Assembly: GCA_965198715.1 (NCBI GenBank)
Contig: CBDAPV010000002.1
Location: 388,807-452,806 of the forward strand
Source: Beijerinckiaceae bacterium
GTDB lineage: Bacteria > Pseudomonadota > Alphaproteobacteria > Rhizobiales > Beijerinckiaceae
Reading direction: 5' to 3'
DNA length: 64,000 bases
Shown in pieces: positions 36,244-45,845 of this stretch. Numbering within the stretch: the stretch's first letter is position 1; the number at the start of each line of letters is the position of its first letter. Below the pieces are notes generated by a model, which was not told where the DNA came from, ran no database searches, and worked only from the letters and a program-made list of their open reading frames with translations. The position numbers and the translations under genes were made by a program.

Positions 36244-37344
36244 ATGGGTTTCAAATGCGGCATCGTCGGCCTGCCGAACGTCGGCAAGTCGACCCTTTTC
36301 AACGCGCTCACGCAGACGGCGGCGGCACAGGCGGCGAACTATCCGTTCTGCACCATCGAGCCCAACGTCGGCGACGTCGCCGTACCCGACGAGCGGCTGG
36401 AGACGTTGGCCTCGATCGCCTCGTCGAAGGAGATCATCCCCACGCGGCTGACCTTCGTCGACATAGCCGGCCTGGTGCGCGGCGCCTCCAAAGGCGAGGG
36501 GCTCGGCAACCAGTTCCTCGCCAATATCCGCGAGTGCGACGCCATCGCCCACGTGGTGCGCTGCTTCGAGGACGACGACATCACCCACGTCGAGGGCAAG
36601 ATCGCGCCGGTCGACGACATCGAGACGATCGAGACCGAGCTGATGCTGGCCGACCTCGACAGCCTGGAGAAGCGCGTGCCCGCGCTAGAGAAGAAGGCCA
36701 AGACCGGTGGCGACAAGGAGGCCAAGGAGCTGCTCGACCTGATGACGCGCTGCCTCGTGCTGCTGCGCGAGGGCAAGCCGGCGCGCCTGGCCGAGGTCAA
36801 GACCGACGAGCGCAAGACCTTCGTCGGCCTCGGCCTGCTGTCGTCGAAGCCGGTGCTCTACGTTTGCAACGTCGAGGAGGCCTCGGCCGACAAGGGCAAC
36901 GGCTTCTCGGAGGCCGTAGCCGCCCGCGCCAAGGAGGAGGGTGCCGTCGCCGTCGTCGTCTCCGCCCGCATCGAGAGCGAGATCGCGGTGTTGCCGGCGG
37001 ACGAACAGGCCGAGTATCTCGAGGCGGTGGGGCTGGTCGAGCCCGGCCTCAACCGCGTCATTCGCGCCGGCTACCGGCTGCTGCACCTCATCACCTACTT
37101 CACCGTCGGCCCCAAGGAGACCCGCGCCTGGACGATCCCCCAGGGCACCAGGGGGCCGGCGGCGGCGGGCGTGATCCATACCGATTTCGAGAAGGGCTAC
37201 ATCCGCGCCGAGACGGTGGCCTACGACGACTACGTCTCCGGCAAGGGCGAGGCCGGCGCGCGCGAGGCGGGGAAGTTCCGGCTGGAAGGCAAGGAGTACG
37301 TCGTGGCCGACGGCGACGTGCTGCATTTCCGCTTCGCCAACTGA
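36244..37344 (+). CDS. ychF: Ribosome-binding / redox-regulated ATPase YchF
   Basis: 366 aa; G1 motif GLPNVGKSTLFNALT; TGS domain; highly conserved. Confidence 0.95.
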   Translation: MGFKCGIVGLPNVGKSTLFNALTQTAAAQAANYPFCTIEPNVGDVAVPDERLETLASIASSKEIIPTRLTFVDIAGLVRGASKGEGLGNQFLANIRECDAIAHVVRCFEDDDITHVEGKIAPVDDIETIETELMLADLDSLEKRVPALEKKAKTGGDKEAKELLDLMTRCLVLLREGKPARLAEVKTDERKTFVGLGLLSSKPVLYVCNVEEASADKGNGFSEAVAARAKEEGAVAVVVSARIESEIAVLPADEQAEYLEAVGLVEPGLNRVIRAGYRLLHLITYFTVGPKETRAWTIPQGTRGPAAAGVIHTDFEKGYIRAETVAYDDYVSGKGEAGAREAGKFRLEGKEYVVADGDVLHFRFAN

Positions 37345-37400
37345 CATCGCCCGCGACAGAGCGGCGAACTGGACGCTTTCGCCCCGACGCGCGAGGGTAG

Positions 37401-37748
37401 GTGATGGCGAACGAGATAGAGTTCGACAGCATCGACCGAGAGATCGACGATCTCCAGGAACGCCTCGACGGCTGCCGTCAGGCGATGGCGCTATCGCGCG
37501 CGGCTTTGGTCGTGTCGCTGCTGACCCTGGCGTCGGTGCTGACGTTCGCCGGGAGCTGGCGGACGCCGGCCGTGGTGCTGTTCGCCATCGCCGGGGCCAT
37601 CGGTGGCACGGTGTGGCTCGGCGCCAGTCGTACGTCGCGCGACGAGACCGAGGAGAAGCTCGCGGCGCTGGAGCGCACCAAAGCCAAGCTGATCGACGAA
37701 GTCGCCGCTCGTAACGGCTGGCGCGACCTCACGCCGACGGTTCACTGA
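37401..37748 (+). CDS. Hypothetical small membrane protein (coiled-coil, 2 TM, coiled-coil)
   Basis: 115 aa; codon usage with high third-position GC, consistent with real coding. Confidence 0.5.
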   Translation: MMANEIEFDSIDREIDDLQERLDGCRQAMALSRAALVVSLLTLASVLTFAGSWRTPAVVLFAIAGAIGGTVWLGASRTSRDETEEKLAALERTKAKLIDEVAARNGWRDLTPTVH

Positions 37749-37749
37749 G

Positions 37750-37983
37750 CTATCGACTCGCGGGTGTGCCTTCTGGCTTGGGCGACCCCTTGAGTCCTTC
37801 CTGCGGCTTGACCGCAGGCTTCGGGTTATTCGGCGAGCCGGGCGGGCCGGCTTCGCCTGCGGGCAGGCCGCTATTGATCGCGCGCTGGTGCCCGGCCCCG
37901 CCGGCTCCGGCCCCGCCTCCGGCGGCCATGGCCGGAAAAGCCGAGGTCAGGAGCATCAGATGCAATACCAACGTCTTTGACAT
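37750..37983 (-). CDS. Hypothetical small secreted Gly/Pro-rich protein
   Basis: 77 aa with signal peptide; moderate third-position GC bias. Confidence 0.35.
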   Translation of the reverse strand: MSKTLVLHLMLLTSAFPAMAAGGGAGAGGAGHQRAINSGLPAGEAGPPGSPNNPKPAVKPQEGLKGSPKPEGTPASR

Positions 37984-38064
37984 CGCTGCGCCACCTTACG
38001 TTACGGCTATGGCGACCTGCTGGGAACCGTCGCTCAAGCCCGCCTGTCGGCCAGAACACATCGA

Positions 38065-38391
38065 TCAGTACCGGCCGTCTCGTGCGCCGCCGTGGTTCTC
38101 GACCCTGTACTTGCGCTTGAACGTGCTCGGCACGAGGCGCTGGTGACGGTGCAGCCGCGCGATAGGAGGATTGCCCTGCGAAAAGTCGCCGGTGGTCTGC
38201 GGGTACGGGTCGCGCATGATCGTCTGCGGGCCTCCGAGCCGGCTCGGCTCGGGATCGAGCGGTTCCGCACCGGTCACCCCTGTCGGATAGGGTGAGGGTA
38301 TCAGCGCCTGTCCCGCCAAAGCGACGGACGGCGCCGCGAGGAGGCCGCCCAACAGGACGAACGGAAGGATCGAGAAGGGGATGGCACGCAT
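38065..38391 (-). CDS. Hypothetical secreted protein
   Basis: Start at MRAIPFSILPFVLLGGLLAAPSVALA (signal peptide); the track ORF extends to 38475. Confidence 0.4.
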   Translation of the reverse strand: MRAIPFSILPFVLLGGLLAAPSVALAGQALIPSPYPTGVTGAEPLDPEPSRLGGPQTIMRDPYPQTTGDFSQGNPPIARLHRHQRLVPSTFKRKYRVENHGGARDGRY

Positions 38392-38575
38392 GCTATGCAA
38401 AGTCGGGTGCGGCCAGCCGATCGCAAGCCCGACGCGTCGACGCTCCGGGTCACGTGATGGTGGCTGCGCGATCAACGCGCTCGATTGACGCCTTTGCCGC
38501 TTCTCCCTAGGGGAGTGGCATACCCTTCGTCAGAGGCCGCCGTCCCCGCCCGACCGCGGTTCGGCGGAGCGCAGG

Positions 38576-39769
38576 ATGCAAGCCATGAGCGACATTCCCG
38601 GTTGGAGCGAGCGCAAGGTCACGGCGGTGCTCGTGCTTTCCGACGGCATGGTGCTCGAGGGCGAAGGCTACGGCGCCACGGGCGAGGCGGTCGGCGAGCT
38701 GTGCTTCAACACCGCGATGACCGGCTATCAGGAGATCCTCACCGACCCCTCTTACAACGGCCAGATCGTCACCTTCACCTTTCCCCACGTCGGCAACGTC
38801 GGTGCCAACGAGCAGGACGTCGAGTCGGTCATCGCCTCCTCGCAGGCCAACGCCGTCGGGCTGGTCACGCTGGCGCCGGTGACCGGGCCCTCCAACCACC
38901 GCTCGACGCTGCATTTCGAAGAATGGCTTCGCCGTCGCGGCATCGTCGGCATCTCCGGCATCGACACGCGGGCGCTGACCGCCCTGATGCGCGACGAGGG
39001 AGTCCCCAACGCATTGGTCGCCCATAATCCCGACGGGCATTTCGACCTCGGCGCGCTGAAGGCCAAGGCGGCGGCCTGGTGCGGCCTCGTCGGCGTGGAC
39101 CTCGTGCCCAAGGTCACCACGACCCAGCGTTTCGAGTGGGACGAGGGCACCTGGACTGACGAGGGCTACCCCACGCACGCGGAGGGCCGCTTCAAGGTGG
39201 TCGCGATCGACTACGGCGTGAAGCGCAATATCCTGCGGCTGCTGGCCGACGTCGGCTGCTCTGTCACCGTGGTGCCATCGACCGCGACGGCGGCCGACAT
39301 TCTGGCGATGAAGCCCGACGGGGTGATGATCGCCAATGGCCCCGGCGACCCCGCCGCCACCGGTGACTACGCCGTGCCCGTCATCAAGGACCTGCTCGAG
39401 GCCCGGGTGCCGACCTTCGGCATCTGCCTCGGCCACCAGCTGCTGGCGTTGGCCGTCGGCGGCAGGACGGCCAAGATGCGCCAGGGCCATCACGGCGCCA
39501 ACCATCCGGTGATGGACTTCACCACCAACAAGGTCGAGATCGTCTCGATGAACCACGGCTTCTCTGTCGACCGCGACAGCCTGCCTGCGAACGCGCGCGA
39601 GACTCACAAGAGCCTGTTCGACGGCACCAATTGCGGGCTCGAGCTGATCGACCGGCCGGCGTTCTCGGTCCAGCACCACCCGGAAGCCTCGCCCGGCCCC
39701 AAGGACAGCCATTACCTGTTCCGCCGTTTTGCCGAGCTGATGGAGAAGAGCAGGGCCGAGACGGCCTGA
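38576..39769 (+). CDS. carA: Carbamoyl-phosphate synthase small (glutamine amidotransferase) subunit
   Basis: 397 aa; GICLGHQLL triad region; strong CarA similarity. Confidence 0.95.
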   Translation: MQAMSDIPGWSERKVTAVLVLSDGMVLEGEGYGATGEAVGELCFNTAMTGYQEILTDPSYNGQIVTFTFPHVGNVGANEQDVESVIASSQANAVGLVTLAPVTGPSNHRSTLHFEEWLRRRGIVGISGIDTRALTALMRDEGVPNALVAHNPDGHFDLGALKAKAAAWCGLVGVDLVPKVTTTQRFEWDEGTWTDEGYPTHAEGRFKVVAIDYGVKRNILRLLADVGCSVTVVPSTATAADILAMKPDGVMIANGPGDPAATGDYAVPVIKDLLEARVPTFGICLGHQLLALAVGGRTAKMRQGHHGANHPVMDFTTNKVEIVSMNHGFSVDRDSLPANARETHKSLFDGTNCGLELIDRPAFSVQHHPEASPGPKDSHYLFRRFAELMEKSRAETA

Positions 39770-40117
39770 CCCTCCTCCGCGAAGCGGGCTGCGGCATGCC
39801 CCCAACACCGCGCCCGTGTCGCCAGCGCGAGACGGAGCGCGTGTGCCGCGCGGGGCGAGGTGGCCGAACGGCGACATGGCGGGTCCATCGACACTCCCTG
39901 CTAATCGCACACCCGCATTTTGCGTCGCGATGCGTCGCGGCCGGAGCGAAACCGCACTGGTAAAATGACCGAGAAAGCGGCTGGTTCCTACTCTTCGAGG
40001 CTTTGTCCGGACGCCGACGTGCGCCGCGAACCGTCCCGCCCGCCAGGGTCGGCGTCAAGCTTCGCTCGTGCTCGACCAGGCGGCCGCCAGCCTTTCCTCT
40101 CGCGGCGCGCGAGGATG

Positions 40118-40372
40118 CTAGCCCACCACTCGTAGCACGATCACCAGCAGCACGAACACGACGATTGAGATCAGCGTGGTCAGCCCCGCCTTCATCCAGA
40201 GGCGCGGCGCCGTCGGCGCGCCAGGCTCCGTACCGGGCGTCACCTCGCCCATCTCCTGCTGCGAGCGTATGCCGATGGGCAGCACCGCGAAGAGCACGGT
40301 GAACCAGATCGTCAGGAACACCGCCACGGCGAGGGCGACGGGGATGGGAAGCAGGCTCATGGGCCTCTTCAA
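40118..40372 (-). CDS. DUF1467-family small membrane protein
   Basis: 84 aa, two TM helices; commonly found next to carA in alphaproteobacteria. Confidence 0.55.
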   Translation of the reverse strand: MKRPMSLLPIPVALAVAVFLTIWFTVLFAVLPIGIRSQQEMGEVTPGTEPGAPTAPRLWMKAGLTTLISIVVFVLLVIVLRVVG

Positions 40373-40509
40373 CGCCTAGCGCGGTGTCCACGCAAGGCGC
40401 CTTGTGGCGCGCCGGTCACGCCGAGCCGGAAAGGGCCGGCGGCCGATTGTAACCCGGCGAGCGTCCGAACACAGTGAAGTGCTGCTGCTTCGCAGAGGAA
40501 CCTCGAGCG

Positions 40510-41079
40510 ATGATCCGACGATTTGCCGCTTCGGCGGCCCTTGCGGCGAGCTTGCTCGCATGCAGTCTCGCGCCGGCCCGCGCCGACCTCTTCGACTTCC
40601 TCCAGCCGATGTTCGGCGGGACGCCGGCCGGCACGGTCGCCCCGCCGCGCGAGATGGTGTCCTACGCTGGGCGCGAGCGGCCCGGCACGGTGATCATCTC
40701 CACCGCGGAACGCAGATTGTACCTCGTCGAGCCGGGCGGCCAGGCGATGCGCTACGGCGTCGGCGTCGGTCGCCAGGGCTTCACCTGGGGCGGGGTCAAG
40801 ACCATCACCGCCAAGCGCGAGTGGCCGGATTGGACTCCGCCGTCGCAGATGCTGCACCGCCGCCCCGACCTGCCGCGGCACATGAAGGGCGGCATCGACA
40901 ATCCGCTCGGCGCCCGCGCCATGTACCTCGGGGGCTCGATGTACCGCATCCACGGCTCCAACGAGCCGGAGACGATCGGCCAGGCGGTGTCCTCAGGCTG
41001 CATCCGCATGACCAACGCCGACGTCACCGACCTGTACGAACGCGTCCGCGTCGGCACCAAGGTCATCGTCCAGCGTTGA
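40510..41079 (+). CDS. L,D-transpeptidase (YkuD domain), secreted
   Basis: Signal peptide MIRRFAASAALAASLLA; catalytic SSGCIRMTNADV. Confidence 0.8.
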   Translation: MIRRFAASAALAASLLACSLAPARADLFDFLQPMFGGTPAGTVAPPREMVSYAGRERPGTVIISTAERRLYLVEPGGQAMRYGVGVGRQGFTWGGVKTITAKREWPDWTPPSQMLHRRPDLPRHMKGGIDNPLGARAMYLGGSMYRIHGSNEPETIGQAVSSGCIRMTNADVTDLYERVRVGTKVIVQR

Positions 41080-41228
41080 GCCGGAACGCTGCCACCGAGC
41101 AGCTCGACGGTTCGATTTCGTTCGCGCGAGGAAATCGTCCGCGCTAGGTTGCTCGACAGCGGTTCTCCGTGGCGCATCCTCTTGGACGCCAGAACGTGGC
41201 GTCCGCGCGCCAACGTCTGCGATGAAAC

Positions 41229-41945
41229 ATGCACGACCCCTTTTCTTTGAAGATGAAGCAACTCGGGATCCCCGCCGAGGATCTCGCCTCCTTCGGCGGC
41301 GTAAACGGCAGAACATGCAACGTCGTGGCGCGCGCGGATATTGCGGTGTCGGGCAGGTCGACAGGCAACGTCCATATCCTCGTCGATGGCTGGGCCAGCA
41401 AGTACAAGATGATGTGCGACGGCCGGCGGCAGATCCTCGCCTTCCGATTGCCGGGAGACATCTGCGATCTCGAGAGATTATTCGAAGCGGAAACCAGCGT
41501 AGGGGTCACTGCACTCACAGATTGCAAGGTGGCGGCCGTCTCCACCGAATGGCTGATTGAGGCGAGGAACAGCAGGCCCGCGGTTCGCGACCTCCTCTGG
41601 TCTCTTCTCGCCCGCGAGCATGCCACCATGACCGAGCAGATCGTGGCGCTCGGTCGCCGCACGTCACGCCAGCGCATCGCCTACTTTCTCTGTGACCTCC
41701 TCGAGCGATTGCAGGCTGTCGGTCTGGCGGAGGACGATTGCTTTCGCGCGCCCCTAACCCAGACCGACATGGCCGACGCGCTCGGCCTGAGCACGGTGCA
41801 CGTCAACCGCACGCTCCAGGCGCTGAGGGAGGACGGGCTGATCGAAATGCGCGGACGGAACTTTCGCGTGTCGCGACGGGCTGAGCTGAAGCGTGCCGCG
41901 AGCTACGAGCGCGAGGCCGATGCCGCCCCAGCTGTGCGACCCTGA
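41229..41945 (+). CDS. Crp/Fnr-family transcriptional regulator
   Basis: cNMP-binding-like N-terminal domain and C-terminal HTH (LTQTDMADALGLSTVHVNRTL). Confidence 0.8.
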   Translation: MHDPFSLKMKQLGIPAEDLASFGGVNGRTCNVVARADIAVSGRSTGNVHILVDGWASKYKMMCDGRRQILAFRLPGDICDLERLFEAETSVGVTALTDCKVAAVSTEWLIEARNSRPAVRDLLWSLLAREHATMTEQIVALGRRTSRQRIAYFLCDLLERLQAVGLAEDDCFRAPLTQTDMADALGLSTVHVNRTLQALREDGLIEMRGRNFRVSRRAELKRAASYEREADAAPAVRP

Positions 41946-42184
41946 CCCCGCGTTCAGCGTCCGTTCACGCTGATTTGTGCCAGCCGCAACATTTGTGGCC
42001 TCGCCATGGCCGAATTAACCAAGGAGCTGCCGGTCAAGCAGCGTTTCTCTCCGTTTTCGCTCTGAAGCGTCGGCCACGACCGCACGAATCCGGTTAACGC
42101 GATCCGCTCGAATTCGAAGGTTTTCCTTCCGCCGGCATCAGAAAGGCGTCGGCACGATCACCCCATCGAACAAGGGGCATCGTC

Positions 42185-42832
42185 GTGCGCATCGCGGTCA
42201 GGTTCTCTTTCCTCCTCCTTCTTCTCGCCGCGGCTGTTCCGGTGCGGGCGCAGGGCCTTCCTTCGCCGGCGACCTTCGCCGCCGTCGGCGATGTGACCCG
42301 CACTCCTTACGGCTGGGCCGATCTGTGCGGACGCCAGCCGCAGGAATGCCAGGTCGAGGTGCTCGATGCCGTCGACCTCCACTTGACGTCCAGGACCTGG
42401 GCGATCCTGGAGCGCATCAACACCCGCGTGAACGCCGACATCGAGCCGATCAGCAACATGGACCACTGGGGCACGATGCTCGATCATTGGGACTATCCCA
42501 CAGACGGCAAGGGCGATTGCAAGATCTACGCGCTGTGGAAGCGCAAGCTGCTGATCGATCTCGGCTTTCCGCGCCAGGCGCTGCTGATGACGATCGTCCG
42601 CGACCTCGAAGGTAATGGCCACACCATTCTCACCGTGAAGACCGACAGGGGCGACTTCATCCTCGACAACATGGTCGCCGAAATCCGCGGCTGGGACGAC
42701 ACCGGCTACAAGTTCGTCAAGCGCCAGTCGCAGACCGATCCCAACGTGTGGGTCGCAGTCGGCCCGACGACCCACCGGGCAATGGCCAACCTCTTCAACG
42801 GCAGCAAGATGGCGACGGGCTCGGCACGCTGA
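42185..42832 (+). CDS. Transglutaminase-like cysteine peptidase (BTLCP/LapG-like), periplasmic
   Basis: Signal peptide; conserved GDCKIYAL (catalytic Cys), HTIL and D residues. Confidence 0.75.
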   Translation: MRIAVRFSFLLLLLAAAVPVRAQGLPSPATFAAVGDVTRTPYGWADLCGRQPQECQVEVLDAVDLHLTSRTWAILERINTRVNADIEPISNMDHWGTMLDHWDYPTDGKGDCKIYALWKRKLLIDLGFPRQALLMTIVRDLEGNGHTILTVKTDRGDFILDNMVAEIRGWDDTGYKFVKRQSQTDPNVWVAVGPTTHRAMANLFNGSKMATGSAR

Positions 42833-42873
42833 GCGCCTTCACCACGCATTGACAGGCTGCGGCGTCCAAGACC

Positions 42874-43215
42874 ATGTGGCGCCCGGACCCGGATCGTTAT
42901 CTCGTGCTCAGCTCGGCCGTCATCGGCTTCACCAAGCTCGTCGGCTTCTTCATCGTGGTGGCCAGCGCCATCACCACGTTCTACGCCGCGATCCACACCA
43001 TCAACGTCAACAGCCAGATCGACGTCTTCTTCGCCGGGCTGCTCGCTTTGCTGATCGGCATCGTCGCCGGGCCGCTGTATTGCCTGATCAGCTATTACGG
43101 GCTCCAGCACTATCTCGCCTTCACCCCCCTGGGTGCGGTGCTGCTGGTGATCCCCGTGTTGCTGGCGTGGTGCTTCATGGCCTATGCGACCATCACCGGC
43201 TACCTCAGGGGCTGA
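42874..43215 (+). CDS. Hypothetical membrane protein (3-4 TM)
   Basis: 113 aa hydrophobic ORF. Confidence 0.4.
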   Translation: MWRPDPDRYLVLSSAVIGFTKLVGFFIVVASAITTFYAAIHTINVNSQIDVFFAGLLALLIGIVAGPLYCLISYYGLQHYLAFTPLGAVLLVIPVLLAWCFMAYATITGYLRG

Positions 43216-44521
43216 GGCCGGCCAGGCTCGGCGCCCGGGCGATGGCGTGCGGAACCGGGCCTCCGGTCGCCCAATCGACCAGCTCGGCCGTGTGCACCAC
43301 CGGGATCGAAGTGCCGCTGCCGATCTGCACCATGCAGCCGAGATTGCCGGCGGCGACCACGTCTGGCTTGGTCTTGGCGATGTTGGCCACCTTGCGCGCC
43401 TTGAGCTGGTTCGCGATCTCGGGCTGCAGCAGGTTGTAGGTGCCGGCCGAGCCGCAGCAGAGATGGCCTTCCGGGACGCTCACCACCTCAAATCCGGCCT
43501 TCCGCAACACCTCTATCGGCGTCTTGGTGACCCGCTGGCCGTGCTGCAAAGAGCAGGCGGAATGATAGGCCACGCGCAGCTGCGGCGTCCCCGGGCGCGG
43601 CGCGATGGCGAGCTCGGCCAGGACCTCGCTGACGTCTCTCGACAGCGCCGAAACCTCGGCGGCATCCACGGCGAGAACTGCGTCCTCGCGCATCATGAAG
43701 CCATAGTCCTTGAGCGTGGTGCCGCAGCCCGAGGTGTTGATCACGATGGCATCAAGTCCGCGCGCGCGCTTCTCCGCCATGAAGGCGCGGATGTTGGCGG
43801 CGGCCATGGCATGCGACGAGTTCTCCTGCCCCATGTGGTGCTGCAGCGCGCCGCAGCAGCCGACGCCCTTGACCACCACCACTTCGATGCCGTGGCGGGT
43901 CAAGACGCGGATCGTCGCCTCGTTGATCGCCGGGTCGAGCACCTGCTGCGCGCAGCCCGTCAGCAGCGCAACGCGCTTGATTCTCGCGCCGGACGCGGCG
44001 TGGATGGCCGGCCTGCCCGAGGTGCCCTGCGGCGGTAGGCTTTTCGGCGCCATCGCGAACATGGCGTGAAAGCGCTTGGGGAACGCTCCGGCGAAGGGTT
44101 TCGCCAGCTTGGCGCCCTGCAGGGCAATGCGGAAGCGCGCGGGGTAGGGGAGGACCCAGCCCAACACGGCGCGGGTCAGCTGGTCCATGAACGGGCGCCG
44201 GTAGGTCTTGGCGATATGCGCCCGCGCGTGATCGACAAGGTGCATGTAGTTCACGCCCGAGGGGCAGGTGGTCATGCAGGCGAGGCACGACAGGCAACGA
44301 TCGACGTGCTTGACCGTCTCGGCATCGGCCGGCCGGTCGTTCTCCAGCATGTCCTTCATCAGGTAGATGCGTCCGCGTGGGGAATCGTTCTCCTCGCCGA
44401 GGAGGACGAAAGTCGGACAGGTCGCGGTGCAGAAGCCGCAGTGCACGCATTTGCGGATGATCTTCTCGCTGGCGGCGAAGGCCGGCTGCTCGAGGAGGTC
44501 CGGCGCGAAATCGGTCTGCAT
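43205..44521 (-). CDS. glcF: Glycolate oxidase iron-sulfur subunit GlcF
   Basis: Two 4Fe-4S Cys clusters (CVHCGFCTATCP, CLSCLACMTTCP) and CCG domains. Confidence 0.9.
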   Translation of the reverse strand: MQTDFAPDLLEQPAFAASEKIIRKCVHCGFCTATCPTFVLLGEENDSPRGRIYLMKDMLENDRPADAETVKHVDRCLSCLACMTTCPSGVNYMHLVDHARAHIAKTYRRPFMDQLTRAVLGWVLPYPARFRIALQGAKLAKPFAGAFPKRFHAMFAMAPKSLPPQGTSGRPAIHAASGARIKRVALLTGCAQQVLDPAINEATIRVLTRHGIEVVVVKGVGCCGALQHHMGQENSSHAMAAANIRAFMAEKRARGLDAIVINTSGCGTTLKDYGFMMREDAVLAVDAAEVSALSRDVSEVLAELAIAPRPGTPQLRVAYHSACSLQHGQRVTKTPIEVLRKAGFEVVSVPEGHLCCGSAGTYNLLQPEIANQLKARKVANIAKTKPDVVAAGNLGCMVQIGSGTSIPVVHTAELVDWATGGPVPHAIARAPSLAGLSP

Positions 44522-44524
44522 GGC

Positions 44525-45721
44525 TTAGCTTCCGGGGCCGAGGCGGCCCCTGTTGAGAATGAGCAGGGGATCGAAGCTGATCTTCACCCGCCGCGACAGC
44601 GCTGCGAGAGCGGCGGGTTGCGGCTGGAAGACGGCGGTGGCGGCGCGCGCCTCGGCGTCGGCGCGGACCAGGGTGGCGTGGCCGCCGTGTGGGGCAAGGG
44701 AGCCGCGGATCGCTTCGGCGTGGGCATCGCCGTTCTCGAGGGCGAGCCAGACCAGGCCGCCGGCCCAGTCGTAATACCAGCGCGCCAGCGGCACCTCGGC
44801 CCGGCGCAGGGCGGCGACGAAGGCTGCGCCCTCGCTCGGCGCGGTCGAGATCTTCCAGATCGGGCCGGCAAGGTCCGCGAGCGGATCGACGTCGCGCAGC
44901 GCCGCCCACAACCGCCGCGAGGCGCGCTCGCCGAGGTCGTCGACATCGCCGCGCGGGCCGAAATGGGCGACGAGATCCTCGTAGCGCGTGTCGACCGACA
45001 CCGAAGGCCCCTCGAGCCGGAGCGCAAGGCAGCAGCCCGCCGCCAGGCCGACGTGGGCACCGTCCGGCAGGCAAGCGTAGCTCGACACCTCGTGGGGCAG
45101 GCCCGACGCCTCGCGCAGCGCCGCCAGCGCTGCCGCCTCGTCGAGCCCGTAGAGCAGGAAGGTGCGCTCTGTCTCGGCGCGCGGCAGAACCTTGATCGAG
45201 ATCTCGGTCATGACGGCAAGCGTCCCGTGGGAGCCGGCGATGAGCTTGGACAGGTCGTAGCCGGTGACGTTCTTCATCACCTGGCCGCCCGACTTAAAGA
45301 TTTCGGCACGTCCGGAGACGGCGCGGAAGCCGAGGACATGATCGCGCGCGGCTCCCGCCTTGATGCGACGCGGGCCGCCGGCGTTCACCGCCACAGTGCC
45401 GCCAAGCGTCCCGGTCGAGTTGCCGCGCCACAGCTTGGAGGGATCCATCGGCTCGAAGGCGAACTCCTGGTTGTTCTCCTCGAGCAGCTTGGCGATATCG
45501 GCCATCGGCGTGCCGGGACGAGCCGTCATCACCAGCTCGGACGGCTCGTACAACGTGATGCCGGTGAGACCGCTGGTGTCGATCTGAGCCGAAGCCTCAA
45601 CCGGGCGGCCGAGCCCGCGCTTCGAGCCGTGGCCGATGATCTCCACCGGTCTCTCTTCGTCCAAAGCGTCCCGCACGGCGGCGAGGACCTCGTCCTCATC
45701 GCGAGGCTTCAGGGTGTCCAT
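44525..45721 (-). CDS. glcE: Glycolate oxidase FAD-binding subunit GlcE
   Basis: 398 aa, FAD-binding PCMH-type domain, GlcE-like. Confidence 0.8.
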   Translation of the reverse strand: MDTLKPRDEDEVLAAVRDALDEERPVEIIGHGSKRGLGRPVEASAQIDTSGLTGITLYEPSELVMTARPGTPMADIAKLLEENNQEFAFEPMDPSKLWRGNSTGTLGGTVAVNAGGPRRIKAGAARDHVLGFRAVSGRAEIFKSGGQVMKNVTGYDLSKLIAGSHGTLAVMTEISIKVLPRAETERTFLLYGLDEAAALAALREASGLPHEVSSYACLPDGAHVGLAAGCCLALRLEGPSVSVDTRYEDLVAHFGPRGDVDDLGERASRRLWAALRDVDPLADLAGPIWKISTAPSEGAAFVAALRRAEVPLARWYYDWAGGLVWLALENGDAHAEAIRGSLAPHGGHATLVRADAEARAATAVFQPQPAALAALSRRVKISFDPLLILNRGRLGPGS

Positions 45722-45845
45722 CGCCTCTTAGAAGCGTGCCGCGCCGAAGAAGGCAAGGCGGCAAAGCGGCCGACGCGACATGTCCGAGTGATCATCCGGA
45801 TCGACGCTTCGCATGACGCTGGCGAAGCTCCGTAGAACGGACAGC

